Below are positions 9,036 to 18,617 of a stretch of 64,000 nt of DNA, one piece after another. The position numbers and the translations under genes were made by a program. Each line of letters starts with the position of its first letter. Position 1 is the stretch's first letter. The notes beneath the pieces are model-generated. The model had not been told where the DNA came from, ran no database searches, and saw only the letters and a program-made list of their open reading frames with translations. The stretch covers positions 4,218-68,217 of the forward strand of contig JAVYSX010000003.1 of assembly GCA_038728965.1 (NCBI GenBank), given 5' to 3'. Source of the DNA: Thermoplasmatales archaeon. GTDB lineage: Archaea > Thermoplasmatota > Thermoplasmata > Thermoplasmatales > GCA-001856825.

Positions 9036-10217
9036 ATGAGGATTCTCATACTCGGTATCGATGGATACATAGGCTGGCCCCTTGCTATGAAGCTCGTTTC
9101 TGCCGGACATGAGGTTACCGGCGTAGACAACTTTTACACAAGAAGGAGGGTCGGGGAGGTTGGGTCCGACTCTGCATTACCAATTCATTCATTGGCTAAA
9201 AGGATAGAAAGGATGAGGGAAAAAGTCGGGGGTGTCAATATAAATTTCATAAGGGGTGACGTCTCGCTTCCAGGGGTTATGTACAGAGCGTTTACTGAAG
9301 CGAGACCTGATGTGGTTTTCCATCTTGCGGAACAGCGTTCTGCACCATATTCTATGATAGGTCTGAAACAGGCTATTGAGACCATGAAAACAAATGTGTT
9401 GAGTACGCTTAACCTCGTCTACGCGGCCAAGGACATTTCACCGGACGTGCACATAGTAAAGATTGGAACCATGGGGGAGTACGGTACACCAAACATAGAC
9501 ATAACAGAAGGATTCATAGAAATAGAGTTCAGGGGAAGAAAGGACACTCTGCCATTCCCAAAGAACGCAAGTTCCTGGTATCACTGGTCAAAAGTACACG
9601 ACTCAAACAATCTGATGTTTGCAAACAGGCTCTGGAATCTCAAGATAACGGACATCATGCAGGGCGTTGTTTACGGCACAAGGACAGAGGAGATTGAGAG
9701 GACAGGCTTGTATACAAGGTTCGATATCGATGAAGTCTGGGGGACAGCGCTGAATAGGTTTATTGCGCAGGCCGTATTGGGGAGCCCAATAACACCATAT
9801 GGAAGCGGTAATCAGAAGAGGGGGTTTCTCGCTCTTGAAGACAGCATAAGATGTCTCGAAATAGCTATGGTCAATCCGCCAGAAAACGGCAGGTACAGGG
9901 TACTCAATCAATTCGATCAGTATTACTCCATAAACTACCTGGCAAATACGGTATCGGAAGTATACGAGGAAGTGACCGGAGAACCGACCAGAATAGAACA
10001 TGTGAAAAATCCGAGGGTGGAGTCGGAGGATCATTACTATAACCCAGAACACGAAACACTCTACAGGCTGGGTTACAGGCCAGGCAGTTCACTTAAAGAT
10101 ACAATACGGGAAATGATACTGGATCTTAAGAAAAATAAGGGCCGGTTAGAATCACTGAGATCAGTTATTATGCCTAGGACAGTGTGGGTTGAAAGCAAAG
10201 GCTTAGTCAGGTCCTGA
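9036..10217 (+). CDS. agl3: UDP-sulfoquinovose synthase (SQD1/Agl3 family SDR)
   Basis: 393 aa, collinear with recalled SQD1. Matching segments are GIDGYIGWP, EQRSAPYSM, KIGTMGEYGTPNIDI, TLPFPKNASSWYHWSKVHDS, QGVVYG, GTALNRF and NPRVE.EDHYYN. Confidence 0.9.
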   Translation: MRILILGIDGYIGWPLAMKLVSAGHEVTGVDNFYTRRRVGEVGSDSALPIHSLAKRIERMREKVGGVNINFIRGDVSLPGVMYRAFTEARPDVVFHLAEQRSAPYSMIGLKQAIETMKTNVLSTLNLVYAAKDISPDVHIVKIGTMGEYGTPNIDITEGFIEIEFRGRKDTLPFPKNASSWYHWSKVHDSNNLMFANRLWNLKITDIMQGVVYGTRTEEIERTGLYTRFDIDEVWGTALNRFIAQAVLGSPITPYGSGNQKRGFLALEDSIRCLEIAMVNPPENGRYRVLNQFDQYYSINYLANTVSEVYEEVTGEPTRIEHVKNPRVESEDHYYNPEHETLYRLGYRPGSSLKDTIREMILDLKKNKGRLESLRSVIMPRTVWVESKGLVRS

Positions 10218-10956
10218 AAACTTCACTTCTTGCATAATCGTAGCTGGATTTAAGCGCTTTTATGTACTCATCGGCCACTCCGACGCTTATCCAGTTATCC
10301 CTTGAGATTTCAAGTGCCCTGAATTCAATGCCTTCCCTTATTGCAAGCTCGATCGCATCGGTGATCTCTTTCCCGCCACTCCTCTCGATGAAGTCAAATA
10401 TGACCGAGGGGAGAAAATAAAGCGCGCACATCGCGTATTCTGAAGGTGGATTATCGGGTTTTTCAACCACCTCGCTCACCTTGGGTGGATCGTATGACTT
10501 GTCTATAACCGCGACGCCGTATCTTCTGGCATCTTCCACCTTCATGACAAGGAGGGTCCACCTATTCTCCTGCATGGAGGTGAGGAGAAAATTGCTGATT
10601 CTAGAAAAGTCAACAACAACTGCGTCACCGGCAGCTAGTATGAAACTATCGTCTCCAACAAAATCTTTAGCTTGAAGACACGCGTCTCCGAATCCGATTT
10701 TTTCCTTTTGATAAAGAACCGTGCACCATGGCATTGCCCTCCTGATATAGCTCTCACTGACGGAATCATCAGGATCGAGAACTACGGCCACGTCTCTTAT
10801 GCCCATTTTTCTGAGTCTGGACGCGATAATGTCCAAAATAGGCCTGATTACCAGCCTGCCATCCATGGCCTCGTAGAGCGGGAGAAGTTCCTTTCTCAGA
10901 ACACCGTTTAGTCCTGATCTCTTACCGATGCCGGCTGCAGTTATTACTGCTTTCAT
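10207..10956 (-). CDS. sugar-1-phosphate nucleotidyltransferase (glucose-1-P uridylyl/thymidylyltransferase-like)
   Basis: 249 aa with the N-terminal MKAVITAAGIGKRSG..LRKELLP signature of the NTP_transferase fold. It is convergent with agl3 and overlaps it by 11 nt. Confidence 0.8.
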   Translation of the reverse strand: MKAVITAAGIGKRSGLNGVLRKELLPLYEAMDGRLVIRPILDIIASRLRKMGIRDVAVVLDPDDSVSESYIRRAMPWCTVLYQKEKIGFGDACLQAKDFVGDDSFILAAGDAVVVDFSRISNFLLTSMQENRWTLLVMKVEDARRYGVAVIDKSYDPPKVSEVVEKPDNPPSEYAMCALYFLPSVIFDFIERSGGKEITDAIELAIREGIEFRALEISRDNWISVGVADEYIKALKSSYDYARSEVFRT

Positions 10957-11032
10957 AGGGCTTAGATCAACGAACTTGTATTAAATTCAGCGCATTATGA
11001 GAGTTTATTAACATAGAAGAGATACATTTACG

Positions 11033-11974
11033 TTGATTTCCCCGGTGATAGGCATAGTTGCAGGGGTTCTGCTACTCGTATTTTCATCTCTTGCCCTAAC
11101 TTCCTCAATAGAGGGCATCGGTTCGAGGCTTAGGTTCAGCGAAACCCTCACAGGAGCCCTGCTAAGCCCATTCTTTACGGCGCTTCCGGAACTTATTATA
11201 GTTGCCGAGGCGATAGTTCTCGTAGGAAAGTCACCCGGGTCTGAAATAGCAGCAGGAACGATAATAGGCGAGCCGTTCATGGTTTCTTCCATTGGGATAC
11301 CAGCTGCGGTCATCACCCTCTCATTATCAGGAAGAAGGAAAAATGTTGAAAGGATAGAGAACTCCATCCCAAAAATTATCATGCTCCTAGGTTTGGTTTT
11401 TCCAGTGATGCTAATACCGCACTTCTTCAGGGGATATTTTGTGAGAGTTGCGGTATCCCTTTTTCTCGTTATAGTTTATGGGATTTCAATCTTGCTTTGG
11501 AGAGGAAAAAAAGAGGTCGAGGGGAATGACATGGCTATGAACAAAATATTAATTTTAGTGATAGTAGGTCTTTCCCTCCTTCTGTTCGGTTCTACTCTAC
11601 TTGTAAACTCCATAAATGAATTTGCAGATCAATCGGGAATAGGCAGGGAACTGATGGGTATACTTATTATCCCAGTCGGTACAATTGTACCGGAAACGAT
11701 GAACTCCCTCGTCTGGGCATCGAGGTCGAAGACCAATCTCTCCATATCTGCGCTGCTAGGTGAAGAGATGATGTTTGCTACAATTTTTCCGGCTATAGGT
11801 ATATCTGTCAGCGATTGGGTCTTGACAGGCTATGGTATAACCGCTATCCTGCTGTTTTCGGTATTCTCTATATTTATAGCCGTTTTAATATTTCTGTCAC
11901 GAGGACGGGCTTATCCGCTATTCGGTTATTTCTTTTCTTTCGTGGTTTTTGTCATTTTACTAATAATTTGGTAA
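11033..11974 (+). CDS. Ca2+/cation antiporter (CaCA, YrbG-like) membrane protein
   Basis: 313 aa, TTG start, highly hydrophobic. Two alpha-repeat-like segments are present: GALLSPFFTALPELI and PVGTIVPETMNS. Confidence 0.65.
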   Translation: MISPVIGIVAGVLLLVFSSLALTSSIEGIGSRLRFSETLTGALLSPFFTALPELIIVAEAIVLVGKSPGSEIAAGTIIGEPFMVSSIGIPAAVITLSLSGRRKNVERIENSIPKIIMLLGLVFPVMLIPHFFRGYFVRVAVSLFLVIVYGISILLWRGKKEVEGNDMAMNKILILVIVGLSLLLFGSTLLVNSINEFADQSGIGRELMGILIIPVGTIVPETMNSLVWASRSKTNLSISALLGEEMMFATIFPAIGISVSDWVLTGYGITAILLFSVFSIFIAVLIFLSRGRAYPLFGYFFSFVVFVILLIIW

Positions 11975-12022
11975 AACCAAAATAATGGAAAATATTAAAA
12001 TATAATGAATCCATAAAGAACT

Positions 12023-12682
12023 ATGAGAAATCAATTGGACCTATCACTTTCGGATATAAAAGAAGACCTCCTAAGAGGTAAGCCTGTAATCGTATATGAT
12101 TTTGACAGCAGGGAAGAGGAGGCCGATATGGTATTCTACGGAGGGGCAATTACGTGGGAATCTATAAACAAATTGAGGAGGGAAGCTGGCGGTCTCATAT
12201 GTTACGTCACGGGTGGAAAGGAAGCATCTTCACTGGGTCTAAGATTCCTTTCTGATGAGTGGAAGAACCATCCAGTTTACAATAGCTTAATAAAGAAGCC
12301 ATCGTACGGGGATTACCCAGCGTTTATGATTTGGGTCAACCACATCTCGGTATCAACGGGGATATCGGACAAGGATAGGGCAATGACCATAAGGGAGCTT
12401 CACAACGTCATCACGGATCACGTTACAGATAAGACATCATATTTTATGGGCAATTTCTACGCACCCGGTCACGTTCCGATACTTGCATCGAGGGGCCTGG
12501 ACATGCGTAAGGGGCATACCGAGCTCGTCACTCACCTTGCTGAAACTCTGGGTCTTCCTAGGAGCATGGTTATTTCTGAGATGCTCGGGGATGGTAAGAG
12601 TCTCAGCAGGGAGCTGGCAAAATCGTATGCTGCGAGGAACGGAATACATTTCATCGAGGGTAAGGAAATATTAAGGATGTGA
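12023..12682 (+). CDS. ribB: 3,4-dihydroxy-2-butanone 4-phosphate synthase
   Basis: 219 aa with VYDFDSREEEADMVF, PGHVPIL and GHTE motifs typical of DHBP synthase. First gene of a rib operon. Confidence 0.9.
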   Translation: MRNQLDLSLSDIKEDLLRGKPVIVYDFDSREEEADMVFYGGAITWESINKLRREAGGLICYVTGGKEASSLGLRFLSDEWKNHPVYNSLIKKPSYGDYPAFMIWVNHISVSTGISDKDRAMTIRELHNVITDHVTDKTSYFMGNFYAPGHVPILASRGLDMRKGHTELVTHLAETLGLPRSMVISEMLGDGKSLSRELAKSYAARNGIHFIEGKEILRM

Positions 12683-13158
12683 GCGCGTTGGCAAAATATG
12701 GAATCGTTGACACTACATTCTCCCGCGTTAACATGGGCAAGATAGCATACGAAACGATAAGAAAAGAAGACCCTGATGGGAACATACTGAGGTACACGGT
12801 TCCGGGGATAAAAGACCTGCCAGTGGGTGCCGTTAAGTTGTTTGAAGAGGGGTGCGACGGTGTAATAACTCTCGGATGGGTTGGGAAGACTGTTTTGGAT
12901 AAATACAGTTACCTAGCTGCAAGCATTGGTCTGATCAACGCACAGCTCCTGGTAAAGAAACACATAATGGACGTCACCGTCCACGAGGACGAAGTTGAGG
13001 AATCGCAACTGTCAGAACTGGCCAGGGACAGAACGATCAAACATTCCAGAAATCTAGTACTCCTTGTAACTGGGGGAGGATCGTCGCTTCGAGGTTCGGC
13101 CGGAAGGGGGTTGAGGCAAGGATATAATAATGCGGGGCCAGTTGGAGGGAATGATTAA
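12679..13158 (+). CDS. ribC: archaeal-type riboflavin synthase
   Basis: 159 aa. The N-terminal [13 protein letters not shown] matches the archaeal lumazine-synthase-like riboflavin synthase. 4-nt overlap with ribB. Confidence 0.85.
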   Translation: MSALAKYGIVDTTFSRVNMGKIAYETIRKEDPDGNILRYTVPGIKDLPVGAVKLFEEGCDGVITLGWVGKTVLDKYSYLAASIGLINAQLLVKKHIMDVTVHEDEVEESQLSELARDRTIKHSRNLVLLVTGGGSSLRGSAGRGLRQGYNNAGPVGGND

Positions 13159-13159
13159 G

Positions 13160-13570
13160 ATGGCCAAAATAGGTCTCGTGGTCTCTGACTTTAACTATGA
13201 TATAACCAGCCTGATGCATAAAAAGGCGGAGGAGCATGCGGACCTTCTGGGTCTGGAACATCAATCAATAAGAGTTCCCGGGGTGTTCGACGTTCCTCTG
13301 GCAGTCAAAATTCTTCTGAAGAAGAAGGATATAGACGGAGTTGCCGTTATAGGAGCCGTGATAAAGGGAGATACAAAGCACGACGAGCTGGTCATTAACC
13401 AGGCCGTCAGAAAACTCGTTGATCTGTCCACGGATTCAGAGAAGCCTGTTACACTGGGTATAATCGGGCCGGGGGCAGATCACGATCAGGCCGTTGCGAG
13501 GATAGAAGAATATTCCACGAGGGCAGTGGAATCGCTTGCCAAGCTTTTCAAGACGCTCGGTAAGAACTGA
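13160..13570 (+). CDS. ribH: 6,7-dimethyl-8-ribityllumazine synthase
   Basis: The track ORF starts at 13130. I prefer the ATG at 13160 ([16 protein letters not shown]): it lies 10 nt after GGAGGG at 13144-13149 and 1 nt after the ribC stop. PG.FD.P and GAVIKGDT.H motifs are present. Confidence 0.88.
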   Translation: MAKIGLVVSDFNYDITSLMHKKAEEHADLLGLEHQSIRVPGVFDVPLAVKILLKKKDIDGVAVIGAVIKGDTKHDELVINQAVRKLVDLSTDSEKPVTLGIIGPGADHDQAVARIEEYSTRAVESLAKLFKTLGKN

Positions 13571-13608
13571 ACGAGAACATTTTTTTATCAAGCTGGGATA
13601 AACCAAGG

Positions 13609-16158
13609 ATGCAGTACGACTTCAGGGAGAGCGAAAAAAGGTGGATCGATTACTGGATCAATGAAAGGATATTCAGATTCGATTTTCAATCGTCGAAGCC
13701 AGTCTTCAGCATAGATACGCCTCCGAGGTACGCATCGGGAAGAATGCACATAGGTCATGCTTTCCACTACAGTCATATCGACATGATTGCGAAGTTTCAC
13801 AGGCTCAAGGGTGAAGAGGTCTTCTTTCCACTTTGCTTTGATGTTAACGGAATGCCAATAGAAGTGAATGTAGAGAAGAAATACAACATAAGGATGAAGG
13901 ATTATGACAGGCAGGAGTTCGTAAAATTATGCGAGGACTTTGCGGACAAGAATATAAGCGACATGATAGATCAGTTCAGGGCGCTTGGAATTACCGCAGA
14001 TGAGTCCCTCTATTACAAAACTAGCTCTGAAATGTACAGAAAATACACACAGATCTCGTTCATAAGGATGTACAAAAAGGGACTAGCCTATAAGGGGAGA
14101 CACCCCGTTAACTGGTGTCCTAGGTGCGAGACTGCCATTGCTGAATCTGAGATAGTCTACGAGGAGAGGGAAGTATCGCTTCACGAAATTACGTTCAGGG
14201 GTAACGGGTTCAGCGTAAAGATATCAACAACCCGACCTGAGCTTCTTCCCGGGTGCGTGGCACTAGCCGTAAACCCGAAGGATGAGAGGTATAGAGGATT
14301 GATCGGCAGAGAGGTTGAAGTCCCCCTATTTAACAGGAATGTTAAGATACTGGGAGACGAAGAAGTTCTGATGGATTTCGGGACAGGGGCAGAAATGATA
14401 TGTTCTGTGGGTGATAAAGATGACCTAAAGATGATTTATAGACATTCTCTCCCACTTTTGAAAACTATAGATGAGGGGGGAAGGATGACTGACGTTGCCG
14501 GTAAATACAGAGGTCTCGGGATTAAAGAGGCAAGGGAAGAAATACTGCGCGATCTTAAGGAAACCGGTTACCTCGGTTCTGAGAGCAAGGTAAGGCAGAA
14601 TGTGGGAACCTGCTGGAGGTGTTCTACACCCCTGGAATTTCTTCAGAGGGAGCAGTGGTTCATAAAGACAATTTCATTTAAAGAGGACGTAAAGAGGTGG
14701 GCAGGAAAGATATCCTGGTATCCTGAATTTATGAGGAAGAGGTTGGAAGACTGGACGGATTCACTCTCCTGGGACTGGGTGGTTTCCAGGCAAAGGTATT
14801 TTGCTACGCCGATCCCGGCGTGGGAGTGCGAGAACGGTCATGTAACAGTGGCAGAAGAGAGCCAGTGCTACGTTGATCCAATGATTGATCCACCCCCGGT
14901 AGAGCGATGCCAGTTTTGCGGGGGGAAACTCAAGGGATCTGAGGAAGTATTTGATACGTGGATGGATTCGTCAATCTCCCCACTCTTCAATACATTTTAC
15001 GCGAGGGATGAAAATCTTTTTGGAAGGCTGTACCCTATGAGTCTGAGACCTCAGGGTCAGGAAATAATCAGAACTTGGGCGTATTACAGCATTGTAAGGT
15101 CGAACCTCCTCACGGGTACGAATCCGTGGAAGAACATTATGGTAGATGGAAATATAATGGCACCAGACGGGAGACCTATGCATGCCTCGTGGGGGAACGT
15201 GGTCGATCCTCTGGAACTTATCAGGAAATACGGGGCAGATCCATTCAGGTACTTTGCGGCTTCCTGCTCTCTGGGGGAGGATTCTCCGTTCAGAGAGAGG
15301 GATCTTGTTCGGGGGCAGAGGCTCGTGAACAAGATATTTAATCTAATCAGCTTCCTGGAATTTTACAGCGGAAAGCAGGTATCTGAGGGGGAACTTAGAC
15401 CAGTAGATCACTGGATAAGGAGGGAATTCAACAGGATTGTTGATGAGGTAGATTCTGCGATGAATTCGTATTCAATGGATAAAGCAACAAGGTCATTGGA
15501 GAACTTCATGTGGCATACCCTTGCCGACAAGTACGTGGAGATAGTGAAACACAGGCTTGCGGAGAGAAAGGCGTACGAAAACGCATATAACATAATACTC
15601 TCTACAGTTGTTATGATATCGCCAATACTTCCTTTCATATCGGAAGACTCATATCAGAGGTTTTTCAGGAGGTACGAAGGGAAGAGGAGCGTATTTGACC
15701 TGCGATTCCCATCGCCTATGGATTTCGATGACCGCCTTGCAGCCATAGGGGAAAACACGGTGGATATTGTTTCGCTGGCGAGGGACCTTAAGGTCAAGGA
15801 AAGGATATCACTTTCCGATAAGCTCAGTAATGTCTCCATAGTATCGCCTGAAAGGGTGGATGTTGATGAGGAAGATGTGAAAGGAGCCCTAAGATCTAAC
15901 TCTATATCAAGAGATATAGGCAAGGTAGAAGAGAGGGTTATTTCCGTGAGGCTTAAACCTGAGGTATATAAGATCCTCAGGGAGAAAGCTCAACAGGTGG
16001 AACGAATAATCATGGAGGACCCAGAAGCAGCAGAAGGGGAGATAAATATAGATGGTTTCGCATTAAGAAGGGACCACATTACGATTTTGAAGGAATATTC
16101 AGTTTCAGGAAAGCACGCTAACTGTTCAGGTAAATTTTGCGTTACGATAGAAAAATAA
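13609..16158 (+). CDS. valS: valyl-tRNA synthetase (class Ia), with atypical KMSKS loop
   Basis: 849 aa, collinear with archaeal ValRS. Matching segments are DTPPRYASGRMHIGH (HIGH), TTRPELLPGCVA, DFGTGAEM, WCxxC zinc motifs and KYGADPFRY. The KMSKS position reads PMHAS. Confidence 0.85.
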   Translation: MQYDFRESEKRWIDYWINERIFRFDFQSSKPVFSIDTPPRYASGRMHIGHAFHYSHIDMIAKFHRLKGEEVFFPLCFDVNGMPIEVNVEKKYNIRMKDYDRQEFVKLCEDFADKNISDMIDQFRALGITADESLYYKTSSEMYRKYTQISFIRMYKKGLAYKGRHPVNWCPRCETAIAESEIVYEEREVSLHEITFRGNGFSVKISTTRPELLPGCVALAVNPKDERYRGLIGREVEVPLFNRNVKILGDEEVLMDFGTGAEMICSVGDKDDLKMIYRHSLPLLKTIDEGGRMTDVAGKYRGLGIKEAREEILRDLKETGYLGSESKVRQNVGTCWRCSTPLEFLQREQWFIKTISFKEDVKRWAGKISWYPEFMRKRLEDWTDSLSWDWVVSRQRYFATPIPAWECENGHVTVAEESQCYVDPMIDPPPVERCQFCGGKLKGSEEVFDTWMDSSISPLFNTFYARDENLFGRLYPMSLRPQGQEIIRTWAYYSIVRSNLLTGTNPWKNIMVDGNIMAPDGRPMHASWGNVVDPLELIRKYGADPFRYFAASCSLGEDSPFRERDLVRGQRLVNKIFNLISFLEFYSGKQVSEGELRPVDHWIRREFNRIVDEVDSAMNSYSMDKATRSLENFMWHTLADKYVEIVKHRLAERKAYENAYNIILSTVVMISPILPFISEDSYQRFFRRYEGKRSVFDLRFPSPMDFDDRLAAIGENTVDIVSLARDLKVKERISLSDKLSNVSIVSPERVDVDEEDVKGALRSNSISRDIGKVEERVISVRLKPEVYKILREKAQQVERIIMEDPEAAEGEINIDGFALRRDHITILKEYSVSGKHANCSGKFCVTIEK

Positions 16159-16192
16159 CAAATAATTTATCTCACAAAATAGTGAGCAGTTA

Positions 16193-16573
16193 GTGACCAA
16201 GAGGGCCAGTGATGAGGAGGTAATTTTCAACATCCTCTCTATCTTGCGTGATAACGGGGAGGTTACGGGGGAATTTAACTTTCTGGAAATGTTGCGGAGA
16301 AGGAACTCTAGTCTTTCACCCAACAGGTTCAGGAAACTAATATTCAGAATACCCGAAATTCTCGTAACCGTAAGGTACGCTCGCGTTAAGTTGGGAAAAC
16401 TTGAGAAATGCCCTATCTGCGGCTCAAAGATGAGACCTGTTCGGCTACTGAATCTTGAAGGCAGGAGGGTAATAGTGGGTTACAAGTGCCCGAGGTGCCA
16501 CTACAATTCCTCAAAAAATGGGAAACCGTATATATACGAGTTCAGATTAAAGAGTCGTGATATCCGACATTGA
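16193..16573 (+). CDS. hypothetical small protein with C-terminal CxxC...CxxC zinc ribbon
   Basis: 126 aa, GTG start. It carries CPICGSKM ... CPRCHY. The N-terminal half is helical-looking and may be wHTH-like. No family recognised. Confidence 0.45.
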   Translation: MTKRASDEEVIFNILSILRDNGEVTGEFNFLEMLRRRNSSLSPNRFRKLIFRIPEILVTVRYARVKLGKLEKCPICGSKMRPVRLLNLEGRRVIVGYKCPRCHYNSSKNGKPYIYEFRLKSRDIRH

Positions 16574-16973
16574 GAAAAATTACATTGTTGCGAAGATCGA
16601 GGGCGGAGAGGACGTGTTTGAATCAATGCTCCAGCTTCTCGACGATTATGGGATATTTTCGGGGCTCGTTATCTTCGGCATCGGAATGATCAGAGGTTTA
16701 GAGGTCGGTTATTGGGATGGAGCAGATTACAAGAGGAAGGTCATGCAAATGCCGGGGGAGGTCGTATCATTTCACGGAACTATAACTTCAAATGAACCTC
16801 GTCTCCACATCCATGTTTCTGTGGCTTTGGGTGATCATAATGTTGTAGGTGGTCATTTCTTCTCGGGGGTGGCAGACCCTCTTCTTGAAGTTCATGTACT
16901 GAGACTCGAAGAGATGGTCCTCAAGAGGCAGCGCAACGAGAAATCAGGGCTAAATGAACTAACTTTCGATTGA
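16557..16973 (+). CDS. PPC/DUF296 domain protein
   Basis: 138 aa. The HIHVSVA..DHNVVGGH segment is typical of the PPC (DUF296) fold. It overlaps the upstream ORF by 17 nt. Confidence 0.65.
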   Translation: MISDIEKNYIVAKIEGGEDVFESMLQLLDDYGIFSGLVIFGIGMIRGLEVGYWDGADYKRKVMQMPGEVVSFHGTITSNEPRLHIHVSVALGDHNVVGGHFFSGVADPLLEVHVLRLEEMVLKRQRNEKSGLNELTFD

Positions 16974-16978
16974 AAAAA

Positions 16979-17560
16979 TTAGCGGCAGCTTGTTAGTCTT
17001 TTCTTGACGTTCTGGGTGAGAAGGAGGGTACCTATGGTTAGGACCTTGCCATCGGCGACATCGATTGCGGTCATAGATGCTGGCTTTATGTCTATCCCAA
17101 AGCTACCGGCCTCGTCAAGTCCCAAAAAGCTTGCGGTAAGAACCCTTATTGGAAGGGCGTGTGATACAATAATATAGCAACCATCGTAATCCTTAATTGT
17201 GTCCCTCATCCTCTTCAAGATTGATTCCCACGTTTCCATACCAAGATCTTCCCTACTCATCTTCGGAACATCGTCAACCTTGTAACCGTTGTATGGCCCT
17301 AGTCCGGCTTCCCTCACCCTCTTATCTTCTTTTGCGGCGAGGCCTATAATCTCAGCTAGTGTTTTAGCCGTCTGTTTCGTTCTGAGAACGGGGCTGTACA
17401 ATATTCCGTTGAACTTGAGATCCTTCAGCTGTTCCCCCGTGAATAGTATCTGCTCAACCCCCCTCTGGGTCAACGGGTATTTATCAAGCTCCTCCGAAAT
17501 TATGTTATTCACGTTTGCAAAGCTTTCCCCGTGCCTTACAAGAATAACCTTCTTCATCAA
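16979..17560 (-). CDS. histidine phosphatase superfamily protein (phosphoglycerate mutase-like)
   Basis: 193 aa with the N-terminal catalytic motif ILVRHGESFAN and a later SHALP segment. Confidence 0.75.
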   Translation of the reverse strand: MMKKVILVRHGESFANVNNIISEELDKYPLTQRGVEQILFTGEQLKDLKFNGILYSPVLRTKQTAKTLAEIIGLAAKEDKRVREAGLGPYNGYKVDDVPKMSREDLGMETWESILKRMRDTIKDYDGCYIIVSHALPIRVLTASFLGLDEAGSFGIDIKPASMTAIDVADGKVLTIGTLLLTQNVKKRLTSCR

Positions 17561-17677
17561 AATTATCTACCTCTCCATCAGTACTGCACGGTACAAAACC
17601 TTTCCAGTGGGCTGGTAGAATTCTCCAGATATAAGGAACATTGGATTCATAACACTTCTTGTCGTGAAAAAAGCCAC

Positions 17678-18580
17678 TTAAAGCTTACCTCCTCCTTGAA
17701 GCATCTGAGAGAAATGATCGTATCCTTTAGAAACAACCCTCCGACCAGAAATGTCAAAAACGCCACTCCCTTCAAGCACCCGACCTACTTGCGGAAACGA
17801 ATCTATCTGATCCGGGGATGTAAATATCAGTTCGTAATCTCCGCCAATGCTGTAGAAAAGTTCTTTTGTATCCTGGTCGAACAGGCCATCTATGATATCA
17901 TTTTCAATCTCAATTCTTACCCCGCTTAGTTTTGATATTAGTTCAAGGGACTTATAGAGACCGTCGGAATTGTCAATACAGGACGTTATTCTGTACCTCC
18001 TCATAACATCGAGTGCATCAAACCTTGGGCTGAAATCTACAATTTCCCTATAGTTCGCAGATGAATTGTAGTAATCCACTATCGCCCTTTCGACCCTCCC
18101 TATTTTTGATGATATGTAAACAAGGTCACCCGGTTTTGCACCGCTCCTTCTGTACTCCCTTCCCATTTCCACCTCCCCGATAACAAGACCAGTCAGGGAA
18201 ATGGATCCTGCTTCCTTGAGATCCCCGCCTTCATATCTGACATTGTACCTCTCCGTCTCCCTCTTTATCCCCTTCACCAGGGAAATAACCCAGTCTTCCT
18301 CGATATTTCTAGGAAAGGAGAATGAAGCCATCATTTCAGAAGGGAACCCATTTTTTGAAGCTATATCGCTCAAATTTATATCAACCAGGAATTTTCCAAT
18401 CACTTCGGGATCCCAATCCCTTCTGAAGTGAAATTTCTCGTTTATGCTGTCCATTGCAAGTAGAATGTATTTATCCCCGGAAGCGTAGAAGTGTGCATCC
18501 TCGTCCTCATTTTTGCGACCCATAATTTCCCATATCTTTTCTATGAGGCCTCTCTCCCCTATATCATTTAATCTCATCAT
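17678..18580 (-). CDS. thiL: thiamine-monophosphate kinase (AIR synthase-related family)
   Basis: 300 aa. The N-terminal IGERGLIEKI, a D..FH segment and overall PurM-like organisation match ThiL. Confidence 0.7.
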   Translation of the reverse strand: MMRLNDIGERGLIEKIWEIMGRKNEDEDAHFYASGDKYILLAMDSINEKFHFRRDWDPEVIGKFLVDINLSDIASKNGFPSEMMASFSFPRNIEEDWVISLVKGIKRETERYNVRYEGGDLKEAGSISLTGLVIGEVEMGREYRRSGAKPGDLVYISSKIGRVERAIVDYYNSSANYREIVDFSPRFDALDVMRRYRITSCIDNSDGLYKSLELISKLSGVRIEIENDIIDGLFDQDTKELFYSIGGDYELIFTSPDQIDSFPQVGRVLEGSGVFDISGRRVVSKGYDHFSQMLQGGGKL

Positions 18581-18617
18581 AAGGGTAATTTGATGTAGTT
18601 TAATAAATTATCAATCA

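Noticed and set aside
17531-17929. A 132-aa plus-strand ORF spanning the spacer and the thiL 3' end.
   Set aside because: It overlaps thiL on the opposite strand, has no motif, and has odd composition.
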